The translations under genes were made by a program, and so were the position numbers. The notes under the pieces were generated by a model. That model was not told the origin of the DNA, searched no databases, and saw only the letters and a program-made list of their open reading frames with translations. 64,000 bases of DNA from TPA_inf: Saccharomyces (taxonomy: Eukaryota). The stretch spans positions 128,001-192,000 of the forward strand of contig BK006939.2 in assembly GCA_000146045.2 (NCBI GenBank). Direction: 5' to 3'. Of the stretch, positions 1-12,124 are shown piece after piece; position 1 is the first letter of the stretch; the number at the start of each line of letters is the position of its first letter.

Positions 1-284
1 GATCTACTAAAGTGTGGTCTTTGGATATTCCAAATGGGTTTGATGCGGGATCCGGCATGCCAGATATTTTCTTTTCAGACAGGATTGAAGCAACAGGAAT
101 TATTTGTTCTGGCTGGCCTTTGATTGCCATCAACAACTTAATTGCAAATTTGCCAAGTCTAGAAGATGCTGTTTTGATTGATATAGGTATACCACAGGGC
201 GCCTATTCACAGAGAACTTCTTTGCGTAAGTTCCAAAACTGTGATCTTTTCGTCACTGACGGGTCCCTGCTATTAGATTTGTAA
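1..284 (+). CDS. EDC3: 3' end of a + strand ORF that begins upstream of the window (frame of track ORF 12..284, stop TAA 282-284). Probable Edc3 (enhancer of mRNA decapping) C-terminal YjeF-N-like region
   Basis: Open frame runs from the window edge to the stop at 284. Identity comes from my recollection that EDC3 (YEL015W) lies immediately upstream of VAC8 on chrV; it was not verified by alignment. Confidence 0.5.
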   Translation, partial: STKVWSLDIPNGFDAGSGMPDIFFSDRIEATGIICSGWPLIAINNLIANLPSLEDAVLIDIGIPQGAYSQRTSLRKFQNCDLFVTDGSLLLDL

Positions 285-824
285 ACCAAGAATTACTTTA
301 GCCTAAACTGGATACATACGTATAAGCATACGGTAAGGAAGTGGGATCTGTAGCGGTAATGCAATAATGTGTTGGCTCTCACAAATATGAAAACTGCGAA
401 CATCTATATAATAAGGTAACGGTATAACAGAAAAATCTGAATAATTTCTCTTTCCCGGGTAATGAGCCCTTAAGGAGGACTCAAAACGAAAAGGAAAAAA
501 ATACGAGTGGAAAGAAAAAATGAACCCTTTCCAGTAATTGATAATAATACAATCATTCATTATTAGAAATATATTAGTTCTCAATTCAAGGCAGAATAGT
601 GCTGTCATTGTGATCAAATTTTTGTGTGAGTCTGCTTTGCTTTCTGTTTTTTTTTGTTGACTCGCTGTTCAATCTCCTACTTTTCCTTTTGTTGTTAAAA
701 TAAGGTATTATATATTTATACAACCCTATAAAAAGCAATTAGCCAATTTCCAATCCTACGAAGACAGGAACTGAGCAAACTATAAGGGTGTTCTTTCTTC
801 TGTACTATATATACATTTGCAACT

Positions 825-2561
825 ATGGGTTCATGTTGTAGTTGCTTGAAAGATTCTTCAGACGAGGCCAGTGTCTCACCAATTGCCGATAATGAAAGAG
901 AAGCGGTGACTTTATTACTAGGGTATTTGGAGGATAAAGACCAATTAGACTTTTACTCTGGTGGTCCACTAAAGGCCCTAACTACTTTGGTGTATTCAGA
1001 TAATCTAAATTTGCAAAGGAGCGCCGCTCTGGCATTCGCAGAAATTACTGAAAAATACGTCCGTCAGGTCTCTAGAGAGGTACTGGAACCCATCTTAATA
1101 TTATTACAAAGCCAAGATCCACAGATTCAAGTGGCCGCTTGTGCAGCCTTGGGTAATTTGGCCGTTAATAATGAAAATAAATTATTAATTGTGGAAATGG
1201 GAGGCTTAGAGCCATTAATAAACCAAATGATGGGTGACAATGTAGAAGTTCAATGTAATGCTGTTGGATGCATTACCAATTTAGCCACAAGGGATGACAA
1301 TAAACATAAGATTGCTACTTCTGGTGCTTTAATTCCATTGACTAAGCTAGCTAAATCCAAACATATAAGAGTTCAGAGAAATGCTACAGGTGCATTATTA
1401 AATATGACACATTCTGAGGAAAATAGAAAAGAATTGGTTAATGCAGGTGCTGTGCCTGTATTGGTATCTTTACTGTCGTCCACCGATCCTGATGTTCAGT
1501 ACTATTGTACTACTGCTTTATCAAATATAGCAGTGGATGAAGCCAATCGCAAGAAGTTGGCTCAAACTGAGCCAAGATTGGTTTCCAAATTGGTTAGTCT
1601 GATGGATTCTCCATCTTCAAGGGTAAAATGTCAAGCTACTTTGGCTTTACGAAACCTAGCGTCCGATACAAGCTACCAATTAGAAATTGTAAGGGCTGGT
1701 GGGTTGCCTCATTTGGTAAAGTTGATTCAAAGTGATTCTATACCACTGGTTTTGGCTAGTGTGGCATGCATTAGAAACATTTCTATTCACCCTCTAAATG
1801 AAGGTTTAATTGTTGATGCAGGTTTCTTAAAACCATTAGTAAGATTGTTGGACTATAAGGATTCAGAAGAAATTCAATGTCACGCCGTATCTACTTTGAG
1901 AAATTTGGCTGCATCATCTGAAAAAAACAGAAAAGAGTTCTTCGAAAGTGGTGCTGTCGAAAAATGTAAGGAACTGGCTCTAGATTCACCTGTTAGTGTT
2001 CAAAGTGAAATTTCCGCATGTTTTGCTATTTTAGCCCTAGCAGATGTCTCCAAATTGGATCTACTGGAAGCAAATATCTTAGATGCTTTAATCCCTATGA
2101 CTTTTTCCCAGAACCAAGAAGTTTCTGGTAATGCTGCTGCTGCTTTGGCAAATCTATGTTCAAGAGTGAATAATTATACAAAAATTATTGAAGCATGGGA
2201 TCGTCCGAATGAAGGCATTCGTGGATTTCTGATTAGATTTTTGAAAAGTGACTATGCTACCTTTGAACACATTGCGCTATGGACAATTTTACAATTGCTA
2301 GAAAGTCATAATGATAAAGTGGAAGATTTGGTTAAAAATGATGACGACATCATTAACGGAGTGAGAAAAATGGCAGATGTGACCTTTGAGCGTTTACAAA
2401 GATCAGGAATTGATGTTAAAAATCCGGGGAGCAACAACAATCCAAGCTCGAATGATAACAACAGTAATAACAATGACACAGGATCTGAACATCAACCTGT
2501 AGAGGATGCAAGTTTGGAATTGTATAATATTACTCAACAGATTTTACAATTTTTACATTGA
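825..2561 (+). CDS. VAC8: Vac8, vacuolar armadillo-repeat protein. N-terminal MGSCCSC acylation motif (myristoyl-Gly2, palmitoyl-Cys) is visible
   Basis: 578-aa ATG ORF; multiple ARM repeats; the N-terminus [14 protein letters not shown] is characteristic of Vac8. Confidence 0.95.
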   Translation: MGSCCSCLKDSSDEASVSPIADNEREAVTLLLGYLEDKDQLDFYSGGPLKALTTLVYSDNLNLQRSAALAFAEITEKYVRQVSREVLEPILILLQSQDPQIQVAACAALGNLAVNNENKLLIVEMGGLEPLINQMMGDNVEVQCNAVGCITNLATRDDNKHKIATSGALIPLTKLAKSKHIRVQRNATGALLNMTHSEENRKELVNAGAVPVLVSLLSSTDPDVQYYCTTALSNIAVDEANRKKLAQTEPRLVSKLVSLMDSPSSRVKCQATLALRNLASDTSYQLEIVRAGGLPHLVKLIQSDSIPLVLASVACIRNISIHPLNEGLIVDAGFLKPLVRLLDYKDSEEIQCHAVSTLRNLAASSEKNRKEFFESGAVEKCKELALDSPVSVQSEISACFAILALADVSKLDLLEANILDALIPMTFSQNQEVSGNAAAALANLCSRVNNYTKIIEAWDRPNEGIRGFLIRFLKSDYATFEHIALWTILQLLESHNDKVEDLVKNDDDIINGVRKMADVTFERLQRSGIDVKNPGSNNNPSSNDNNSNNNDTGSEHQPVEDASLELYNITQQILQFLH

Positions 2562-3081
2562 TTTTCTTCAAAAGCGGGACTAGGCATTATAATTTTTATC
2601 AAAATTTTCTTCTCAGAAGTTTTATTTTCTTTCTCTCCATTTCTTCCATCTTTTTAATCTTTGTTTCCTTTTTTTACATCATATTACTTCTACCTACTCT
2701 ACTCTATTCTAATTTCAATTGATTTTTTTTATTTTATTTTTTTTTTTGTTAATAAAAGAAGAAAAAACTTAAAAACGAATAAGAGGCTGTCTTTGTTCCG
2801 TAGTATATGCCTATTTCCTTCTAGAAGTTTGAAGTGTCGTAAATTTTACCTACGGATAATGTTCGTTACATTGTTGAATGGCAACTGTAGTGAGGTAATG
2901 TTCAAAAAGTGAGAAAGCGGGAGAGAAGGGCTACATACAAAAACCAATTCTAGATAACATCTATATCTTCGTTTTTAGAATATATTGTAATAAAACACAA
3001 TTGATAATACAGTTCTCTCTTCGTCCTCTGATGGTGGGAGATCTATTAAAAATACAAGTTAGCTGAGCGGGGGAAAAAAAT

Positions 3082-3153
3082 AGGTCTTACCCGGATTCGA
3101 ACCGGGGTTGTTCGGATCAAAACCGAAAGTGATAACCACTACACTATAAAACC
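3082..3153 (-). tRNA. tQ(UUG): tRNA-Gln (anticodon UUG), 72 nt; T-run terminator immediately downstream on the minus strand (plus 3072-3080 aaaaaaa)
   Basis: Reverse complement reads GGTTTTATAGTGTAGTGGTTATCACTTTCGGTTTTGATCCGAACAACCCCGGTTCGAATCCGGGTAAGACCT: cloverleaf, A and B boxes, anticodon TTG in the loop. Confidence 0.9.
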
Positions 3154-3771
3154 TCTTAATTATTGATTTCCACAATAATTTTATCATATATCAACACTAT
3201 TCTTCACATAGTTTTTTTAATCCCGGTGTCTCTCATCTGCTAATGAAAATACGTTCACTCATATTTCATGCACCTTCCAGTAGACTGACCCTTCATAAGG
3301 TTAAGAATATCATGGGGAAATTATCGCAATGCATGTCTCTTAAAGAATACAAGAATATATAAAGGCGAATCAACGATTCTTCACGATAATTTGTTTTCCT
3401 CTTAATCACACAGCAGTCTGAATTCTATCAGTGGCACATTAATCCTTGTTTCAATGCTCGTGTGCACATCTGCGTAAATATACATTCTTACGTTTTCTTA
3501 TTTAATAATAGTAGGTTGAGCTTCGTCCACCGGGTAATGCTCCCGGAGCAGTGGAATTAAAAAAAAAAAGGGTGAGCACCGGAAACAGCTATCTGCGCTT
3601 AAGTATCACTAACGTAAAGCATAGGTAGGATTTCCAGTTCTGCCACATTTGATAAATAGTGTAATCCGTAATTATCAAGCGAGATAGTTTTCGAATATAA
3701 TTTAGAAGTAAGAGCAAAATATTAATAGTATTTCATAAGGAATATTGGAAGAAAGGAGCGTAATACGAAAG

Positions 3772-4551
3772 ATGAGGTATGTTTGATAAGATATATACGT
3801 ATATTTATATATCACTCTTCTGAGAAAGTATGCCATAGAATGAGGATCACTAACAAAGAAAATGTCAATGAACTTCAAAGATATCGTTTAATGAAACAGT
3901 AGCTCTAAAAGAAGGATCGAGACAGATGTTATGAAACTGTTGATGAGTGATCATCAAGTGGATTTAATCAATGATAGCATGCAAGAGTTTCATGTAAAGT
4001 TCTTGGGACCAAAGGATACACCCTACGAAAATGGGGTTTGGAGGTTACATGTAGAGTTGCCGGATAATTACCCATACAAGTCGCCAAGCATAGGGTTCGT
4101 TAACAAGATATTCCATCCTAACATTGATATCGCATCGGGGTCCATATGTTTGGACGTAATTAACTCTACATGGTCGCCTTTATATGATCTGATAAATATA
4201 GTGGAGTGGATGATACCAGGTTTATTAAAGGAGCCTAATGGTAGCGATCCCTTGAATAACGAAGCTGCCACATTGCAATTACGAGATAAAAAACTGTATG
4301 AGGAAAAAATCAAAGAGTATATAGACAAGTATGCTACAAAGGAAAAGTACCAACAAATGTTTGGCGGAGATAATGATAGCGATGACAGTGATAGCGGCGG
4401 TGATTTACAAGAAGAGGACAGTGATTCTGATGAAGATATGGATGGCACTGGTGTTTCCAGTGGCGATGATAGCGTAGATGAGTTAAGCGAGGATCTAAGT
4501 GACATAGATGTCAGTGATGACGATGACTACGACGAAGTCGCAAATCAATAA
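3772..4551 (+). CDS. UBC8: Ubc8 E2 ubiquitin-conjugating enzyme, spliced: join(3772..3776,3900..4551), 218 aa. The track ORF 3931..4551 lacks the first 12 aa
   Basis: Exon 1 is ATGAG followed by GTATGT at 3777; branch-like cactaac at about 3847-3853; 3' splice site cag at 3897-3899. The joined reading gives [21 protein letters not shown].... UBC fold with active-site Cys ([17 protein letters not shown]) and an acidic D/E/S-rich tail. Confidence 0.85.
3777..3899 (+). other. UBC8 intron (123 nt): GTATGT ... cactaac ... CAG
   Basis: Canonical yeast 5' splice site, near-consensus branch point and 3' splice site; splicing restores the frame to give the known Ubc8 N-terminus. Confidence 0.8.
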
Positions 4552-4565
4552 TTTCGAGCACACAC

Positions 4566-4599
<34 letters not shown>
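4566..4599. repeat. (AT)n dinucleotide microsatellite (about 11 units) followed by (GTAT)3, in the UBC8 3' / GLC3 5' intergenic region
   Basis: Direct reading: atatatatatatatatatatat gtatgtatgtat. Confidence 0.9.
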
Positions 4600-4745
4600 A
4601 AGTATATATGATGGCATACTATACCACACGTACGACTATAATTACAAACAACTATCAAGCAACTACAAGGATCTCTGTGGGCTAGTGGCCTGCGGGCTCA
4701 ATTTTGCTCTTGTTCCTGAACGGTGAATTCTGTAGTCTGTCATCC

Positions 4746-4750
4746 AGGGG
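4746..4750 (+). promoter_or_regulatory. STRE (AGGGG) about 370 bp upstream of the GLC3 ATG
   Basis: Exact AGGGG. GLC3 is a known Msn2/4-STRE regulated glycogen gene (established knowledge); site function is inferred. Confidence 0.4.
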
Positions 4751-4837
4751 AAGGGCAGGGCACTCATCAACAATGTGATAGTCAGAAAGCAATAATGTTT
4801 TGTATTCTGATGAGCTTTCACTATCTCTTCCGCAATA

Positions 4838-4842
4838 CCCCT
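4838..4842 (+). promoter_or_regulatory. STRE (CCCCT) about 280 bp upstream of the GLC3 ATG
   Basis: Exact CCCCT pentamer. Confidence 0.4.
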
Positions 4843-5119
4843 TTTTGCCTATATTACGGCATCATCTTTCCCCGCGTTCTCGTGGGGGCCAAATAAGCTT
4901 TGTCCAAGGGGCTGTTGCAACGGTAAAGGTAGTCGAGCCAAGTGACACCAGCAAACAAGGAAACAAGGAAGCAAGGAAGGCTTTCCATTTTCCAATAACG
5001 ACATGAGTCTATCTATGGTGTATAAAAGTGGCAGGCTTTTCCTACATTTTTTTTCCCTGATAACTTCCTGTTACTATTTAAGAACACCAAACCAAGTATA
5101 AAGAACCGTCAAGAATAAA

Positions 5120-7234
5120 ATGTACAACATTCCAGATAATGTCAAAGGGGCTGTAGAATTTGATCCATGGTTGAAACCGTTTGCCGATGTACTTTCTGAA
5201 AGAAGATACCTAGCTGACAAGTGGTTGTACGACATAACTCATGCTACGCCTGATGGTTCGTATCAGTCACTCAGTAAGTTTGCTAGAGATTCATACAAGT
5301 CATATGGGTTGCATGCCAATCCGGAAACCAAAGAAATCACTTACAAAGAGTGGGCACCCAATGCGGAACGTGCATTTCTAGTGGGAGATTTCAATAACTG
5401 GGATACCACATCTCATGAGCTCAAGAACAAGGACGAATTTGGAAATTTTACAATCACACTTCATCCTTTACCTAACGGCGATTTCGCCATCCCTCATGAT
5501 TCGAAGATTAAAGTCATGTTTATTTTGCCAGATGGTTCCAAGATCTTTCGTTTACCTGCGTGGATCACAAGGGCTACACAGCCTTCTAAGGAAACTTCTA
5601 AACAGTTCGGGCCCGCATATGAAGGTAGGTTTTGGAATCCAGAGAACCCCTACAAATTTGTACATCCAAGGCCAAAGTTTAGTGAATCTGTAGATTCCTT
5701 AAGGATTTATGAAGCCCACGTCGGTATTTCGAGTCCAGAACCAAAGATAACCACATATAAAGAATTTACTGAGAAGGTCTTACCCAGAATCAAATATCTT
5801 GGCTACGATGCAATTCAATTAATGGCTATTATGGAACATGCTTATTATGCATCATTTGGCTACCAAGTGACCAATTTTTTTGCGGCGAGCTCCCGTTTCG
5901 GCACCCCTGAGGAATTAAAGGAGCTGATTGATACTGCACATTCTATGGGCATCCTAGTTTTATTGGATGTAGTTCATAGCCATGCTTCTAAAAACGTCGA
6001 GGATGGGTTGAACATGTTTGACGGTTCTGATCATCAGTATTTCCATTCTATAAGCTCCGGTAGGGGTGAGCATCCGCTGTGGGATTCCCGTCTTTTTAAT
6101 TACGGAAAATTTGAAGTGCAGCGATTCTTATTAGCAAACCTGGCATTTTATGTTGACGTTTATCAGTTTGATGGGTTTAGATTCGATGGTGTCACATCAA
6201 TGTTATACGTTCATCATGGTGTTGGTGCCGGTGGGTCTTTTAGCGGTGACTATAACGAATATCTTTCTCGTGACAGGTCCTTCGTCGATCATGAAGCCTT
6301 AGCTTATTTAATGTTAGCCAATGATTTGGTTCACGAAATGTTGCCAAATCTGGCTGTAACTGTTGCAGAAGATGTCTCTGGTTATCCAACTTTATGTTTA
6401 CCCCGCTCCATAGGTGGTACTGGTTTCGACTACAGATTAGCAATGGCTTTGCCTGATATGTGGATCAAACTAATCAAGGAGAAGAAAGATGATGAATGGG
6501 AGATGGGAAGTATTGTATACACTTTAACTAATAGACGATATGGTGAAAAAGTGGTTGCTTATTGTGAGTCGCACGACCAAGCTTTAGTTGGTGATAAGAC
6601 ATTAGCGTTTTGGTTGATGGATGCCGCTATGTACACCGATATGACTGTATTGAAGGAACCATCCATCGTTATTGACCGTGGTATTGCTCTACACAAGATG
6701 ATTAGGCTGATCACTCACTCGCTGGGAGGCGAGGCTTATTTGAACTTCGAAGGTAATGAGTTCGGTCATCCAGAATGGTTGGATTTCCCTAATGTTAACA
6801 ATGGCGATAGCTACAAGTATGCTCGTAGGCAGTTTAATTTGGCTGATGATCCCTTACTGCGTTACCAGAATTTAAATGAGTTTGATAGATCAATGCAATT
6901 ATGTGAGAAAAGGCATAAGTGGCTGAACACGAAACAGGCTTATGTTTCATTAAAACATGAAGGTGACAAAATGATTGTGTTTGAAAGAAATAATCTGTTG
7001 TTTATTTTCAACTTCCATCCTACAAACAGCTACAGCGATTATAGAGTTGGTGTCGAAAAAGCTGGTACTTATCACATCGTGTTGAACTCAGATCGTGCTG
7101 AATTTGGTGGACATAACAGAATCAACGAAAGTTCCGAATTCTTTACCACCGATTTGGAATGGAACAACAGGAAGAACTTCCTCCAAGTTTATATTCCTAG
7201 TAGAGTCGCTTTGGTGCTTGCCTTAAAAGAATGA
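5120..7234 (+). CDS. GLC3: 1,4-alpha-glucan (glycogen) branching enzyme, GH13 family, 704 aa
   Basis: Long ATG ORF with an alpha-amylase catalytic-domain signature (e.g. [18 protein letters not shown] region); matches yeast Glc3. Confidence 0.95.
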
Positions 7235-7424
7235 ACTCTATACTATATTGCTTACTGAAAATCAAGACTCAATAATTTTTTTCTCTTCATGTATTGGTAG
7301 ATATCTAAACGTACATAACAAAAAAAGAAAAAAGTAACTTGGGGTTAAAGAATAATTGACTTTGGGCGAATAGCAGAGCTGTCATTACTGCTGATGCTTT
7401 TTTCTTATTTTCGGAGAAAAAGAA

Positions 7425-7497
7425 AGCCCTGTAGGGGGCTCGAACCCCTAACCTTATGATTAAGAGTCATACGCGCTACCGATTGCGCCAACAAGGC
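7425..7497 (-). tRNA. tK(CUU): tRNA-Lys (anticodon CUU), 73 nt; T-rich terminator downstream on the minus strand
   Basis: Reverse complement reads GCCTTGTTGGCGCAATCGGTAGCGCGTATGACTCTTAATCATAAGGTTAGGGGTTCGAGCCCCCTACAGGGCT; anticodon loop CTCTTAA. Confidence 0.9.
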
Positions 7498-7607
7498 TTT
7501 TTTCTTGGGAAAATCTCTTCCAAGGTTTAACCTATACTGTCTGTGTATGTCTAAAACGAAGCATTGGTTGTTCATTGATTGCAACAGTAATGAATAATTA
7601 GGGTTAT

Positions 7608-7939
7608 TGAAGAGAATGTGGATTTTGATGTAATTGTTGGGATTCCATTGTGATTAAGGCTATAATATTAGGTATGTAGATATACTAGAAGTTCTCCTCG
7701 AGGATTTAGGAATCCATAAAAGGGAATCTGCAATTCTACACAATTCTATAAATATTATTATCATCGTTTTATATGTTAATATTCATTGATCCTATTACAT
7801 TATCAATCCTTGCGTTTCAGCTTCCACTAATTTAGATGACTATTTCTCATCATTTGCGTCATCTTCTAACACCGTATATGATAATATACTAGTAACGTAA
7901 ATACTAGTTAGTAGATGATAGTTGATTTTTATTCCAACA
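7608..7939 (-). mobile_element. Solo Ty1/Ty2 delta LTR (about 332 bp, near full length), about 110 bp upstream of tK(CUU)
   Basis: Reverse complement begins TGTTGGAATAAAAATCAACTATCATCTACTAACTAGTATTTACGTTACTAGTATATTATCATATACGGTGTTAGAAGATGACGCAAATGATGAGAAATAG... and ends ...AATCCACATTCTCTTCA, matching the delta consensus as I recall it. No internal TYA/TYB ORFs nearby, so it is a solo LTR. Confidence 0.85.
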
Positions 7940-8062
7940 GTTATTAGAGGCGGTAATCTATGAGTTCACATAAAGTATTGATAGATGACGTAAATTATCG
8001 GCCGGTAGGATAAGATCCAACAGTTACTAAGTTAGTGACCCTGAAGCACAGTGATCATAATG

Positions 8063-8400
8063 TGTTGGAATAAGAATGAAACGCCATCACCTATCGACTA
8101 GTATTTATATTACTGGTGTATATCAAGGAGAACGTAAGAAGATGAGACGTAAATTCGAGAAACAATTATCAAATATAATGGAATGAGAGAAGAGTGAAAC
8201 GTATATAATGAAAGAGGAAATATCTCAACGTTCATCTGTCTCTCGTAATGTGACAGAAAAAGAAAATCGATCAAAAATATGGGGAAATATTCATCATGTA
8301 GAATTTCAAATATTTTCATTGTAATTTCTAAAATTAATGAGGAAAATTCGATATATCTGGTATCACTTTATTATTCCTTCAGCACGAAATGTCGAGCGAT
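8063..8400 (+). mobile_element. Divergent delta-like LTR remnant, head-to-head with the preceding delta
   Basis: Starts TGTTGGAATAAGAATGAAACG...CTATCGACTAGTATTTATATTACTGGTGTATATCAAGGAGAACGTAAGAAGATGAGACGTAAAT, which aligns by eye to the 5' 100 bp of delta with many substitutions. The 3' boundary is uncertain. Confidence 0.5.
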
Positions 8401-9394
8401 CTCGATGCAGGAACCAGGTATAAGTAGCGATAGTAAATTTTTTTCTCTCTTTTTAATAATCCGGAAAGTCTCAGTTGCGAGTGATTGCAGACAGTTGTAT
8501 GAATGTAAAAAAAGTAATGAAAACATTTGGGAGTATTTCAAACGGAGGTTAGAGACGAGGCTTTCGAGCTTTTCTATTATTTTAAGTGCTGTGTTTCCGG
8601 ACGTGCTCTTCACTTTCTTATTTTCTTGATAATATTTCCTGTAAATGTTACAGCAGAATGGTTGCAAACTCAATAAAATTCTGAGGGCAACTGGCAGAGA
8701 ACCTTCAATTTTGGAAAACAGAAGGAACCGAAGCCAGGCATAACGTTGTTTTCTATATTTTTTAAGTAAGGTGTTCATCCAGTAGAGATCAGGTTACATC
8801 ATAGCAATTCATTCATGAATAAAGAGTATCAGTTTTTTAAATGTACAGTATTAGCCGCTGAAATGCACCAATTTGAGGTTATTTTTGAAACATAACTTGA
8901 AGAGAAAAGACAGCATTAGGGCGTTTCTTAACTAGCGATGACGTGCTTCGATTGAGCGGTAAGTGGAAAGTATCAGTCTGTGTCTACTCGTTTTTTTAAG
9001 ACATTGTATATAATATGTTTTGCTGGTTAGATAAATGCGTGGTGCACATATAATGGATACATCCGTAGCTATGGAATCCGCTTTCACCAATTGTAAAAAA
9101 GTCTACAACGACACATGCTATCGGATAGGAACAAGCAACAAATTGGAAACGTATGAGAACGAATGAAGGATATCCATCAGGAAGAAGCGATCAGTTAAGG
9201 CATCAGAAATTTCTTTCAATGAGGAATTGACAACGTGTTTGTATAAGATCTGATTACCTATGTAGTTCGGCTGCATAGATTTCAGTTACATTCACATTAA
9301 AGAAGCACGAGCGCATATTGTATTGTGAAAGTAGGAATCAATTACCATTTACCAAATACTGTTCTAATCACTTTAATACTATGTTATATTGTGT

Positions 9395-9650
9395 AAGAAA
9401 ATAACACAAATTACGAGAAGTAGTCATTGAATGTAGAAAAAGCTGAAATGCAAGGATTGATAGCATAATATGATGAATGAATAAAGACGTATAAAATGGA
9501 AAAGAAATAATATGTTGAAATATTAGTTTATTATTTTTTTATCTAATCCCAAGGAGAATTTCTAGCGTATTTTACTTGATAACTGAACCTTTCATTAAGA
9601 ACGCAAACTCAATGTTTCCAAATATTAATTCATTTCCCATGTATACCTGA
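9395..9650 (+). mobile_element. Degenerate LTR fragment (delta/tau-like internal region)
   Basis: Contains GTAGAAAAAGCTGAAATGCAAGGATTGATAGCATAATATGATGAATGAATAAAGACGTATAAAATGGAA, homologous to the conserved GAAGCTGAAA(C/T)GCAAGGATTGATAATGTAATAGGA...ATATAAAACGGAATGAGGAATAATCG core of delta/tau LTRs; boundaries approximate. Confidence 0.45.
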
Positions 9651-10219
9651 TATCGTTCAATTCCAGAATTCTTACAAAGCAGATACTATAAAAAGTGAAG
9701 GGGAGCGAAATGAATACAACTTTCTATTATTTTCAGACGGTTAAGAGAGTACAAATGACTATCCTTTTTGAATTCTCTAGCTTAAAATGAATAGTTGATT
9801 CTTTTGCCAAAGACGAAAATAGTTGCCAGTAAGCATCTCTTATGAAATAAGTGTTGTTGTGAATAGCTCAATAGAGATGTATTATTAATAAGCCTCGTAT
9901 TTTCAGGGATCATGCGTAGCATAATGGCAGTTGGTAAGGGGAATAAGAATGATGATTCCATTATTGCGAATAAAGGTATTTCTGAAAGTACATCTAATGG
10001 GCTATTTGAAAATTTGTTTAGGATTATGGTAATAAAAGAGGCATTAACGCCAGAACCTTTATTTTATCACTTTTTCGATATTTGTTAATAATCTAAATCT
10101 AACTTATATCTAAACCTTAGCGTTTGCATTCTTGATTTCTATATTTTTATTCACAATATGGAAAGGAAAAACAATCTCTTAGGTTGTCCAAGAAAACTTC
10201 TCTCCCTGTCATACTCAAA

Positions 10220-10553
10220 GTGTTGGAACAAAAATCAACTATCGTCTATCAACTAGTAGCTATACTACTAATATATTATCATATACGGTGTTAGATGATG
10301 ACATAAGTTATGAGAAGCTGTCATCGAAGTTAGAAGAAGCTGAAATGCAAGGATTGATAATGTAATAGAATTTAATGAAACATATAAAACGGAATGAGGA
10401 ATAATCGTAATATTAGTATGTAAAAATATGGATTCCATTTTGAGGATTCCTATATCCATGAGGAGAACTTCTAGTATATGCTGTATACATAATACTATAG
10501 CCTTGATCAACAATGGAACCCCAACAATTATCTCACAATTCACCCATTTCTCA
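10220..10553 (+). mobile_element. Solo Ty4 tau LTR, ends about 110 bp upstream of tR(UCU)
   Basis: TGTTGGAACAAAAATCAACTATCGTCTATCAACTAGTAGCTATACTACTAATATATTATCATATACGGTGTTAGATGATGACATAAGTTATGAGAAGCTGTCATCGAAGTTAGAAGAAGCTGAAATGCAAGGATTGATAATGTAATAG ... TTCACCCATTTCTCA, the tau consensus as I recall it. Confidence 0.75.
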
Positions 10554-10665
10554 ACTAGTAACATGAGTACTCCTAAATAGGGCGATATTTTAAAGTTTCA
10601 TTCCAGCATTAGCTATAACACGTTAATATGGTGGAGTCAGCTGAGAAGTTTTTTCAATAAATAAT

Positions 10666-10737
10666 GCTCGCGTGGCGTAATGGCAACGCGTCTGACTTCT
10701 AATCAGAAGATTATGGGTTCGACCCCCATCGTGAGTG
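10666..10737 (+). tRNA. tR(UCU): tRNA-Arg (anticodon UCU), 72 nt; followed by T8 terminator
   Basis: GCTCGCGTGGCGTAATGGCAACGCGTCTGACTTCTAATCAGAAGATTATGGGTTCGACCCCCATCGTGAGTG; anticodon loop CTTCTAA; A/B boxes present. Confidence 0.9.
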
Positions 10738-10917
10738 TTTTTTTTATCTATTCCTAACCAGTAAATACCAGAACATACGGCAGATTATAAATGCGTGGTG
10801 TAAAATTCTACTTAAGAAAATTGGCATAAAAAAGATTAAATTCTTATCTAAGTGAATGTATCTATTTCGTTATACACGAGAATGAAATAAAAAATATAAA
10901 ATAAAAGGTAAATGAAA

Positions 10918-11832
<915 letters not shown>

Positions 11833-11902
11833 TTAATTAATGATAGTATAGGGAAATTTTTATTGGCGAGTAAACCTGGATAATTTGACAGAAAGGTAAC
11901 CG

Positions 11903-11914
11903 TTACGGAAACAT
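11903..11914 (-). promoter_or_regulatory. GCN4 uORF4 (ATG TTT CCG TAA), about 140 nt upstream of the GCN4 AUG
   Basis: Exact match to the classical inhibitory uORF4 with GC-rich termination context. Confidence 0.9.
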
Positions 11915-11927
11915 CTTGAATAAAATT

Positions 11928-11939
11928 CTACGGGTACAT
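11928..11939 (-). promoter_or_regulatory. GCN4 uORF3 (ATG TAC CCG TAG)
   Basis: Exact match to the classical uORF3. Confidence 0.85.
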
Positions 11940-12047
11940 GATAGCAATTGGTAACAAAACAAATAACTCTTCAAAAAACTGACAGTTTTCAAAAAAAGTA
12001 AAGGACTTTAATTAATAAGGGAAAATAAATTTTCTCTTTCAATAAAT

Positions 12048-12056
12048 TTAACACAT
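12048..12056 (-). promoter_or_regulatory. GCN4 uORF2 (ATG TGT TAA)
   Basis: Exact match to the classical uORF2. Confidence 0.85.
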
Positions 12057-12112
12057 AATTCTCTTAATAATTTTCTAATAATAATCTACTTTAAAAACAA
12101 AATATAATCGGT

Positions 12113-12124
12113 TTAGCAAGCCAT
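12113..12124 (-). promoter_or_regulatory. GCN4 uORF1 (ATG GCT TGC TAA)
   Basis: Exact 4-codon uORF; position and sequence match the classical GCN4 leader. Confidence 0.9.

Noticed and set aside
2661-2912. 83-aa ORF downstream of VAC8
   Set aside because: Phe/Tyr/Ile-rich translation of a T-rich 3' UTR/terminator region with no ATG context.
3531-3545. CGG-N9-CCG (CCGGGTAATGCTCCCGG) zinc-cluster-like palindrome about 230 bp upstream of UBC8
   Set aside because: The N9 spacing does not match a well-characterised Zn2Cys6 factor I can name (Gal4 N11, Put3 N10, Ppr1 N6, ORE N15-18). A single occurrence is too weak to call.
4068-4505. 145-aa ORF antisense to UBC8
   Set aside because: Ser/Leu-rich low-complexity translation of the reverse strand of the acidic D/E/S tail of UBC8; no start context or domain. 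It overlaps a clearly real gene.
8110-8778. ORFs of 69-135 aa between the two deltas and beyond
   Set aside because: They lie within LTR-derived or LTR-adjacent DNA and are A/T-rich with low complexity. Such ORFs are typical dubious calls in Ty scar regions.
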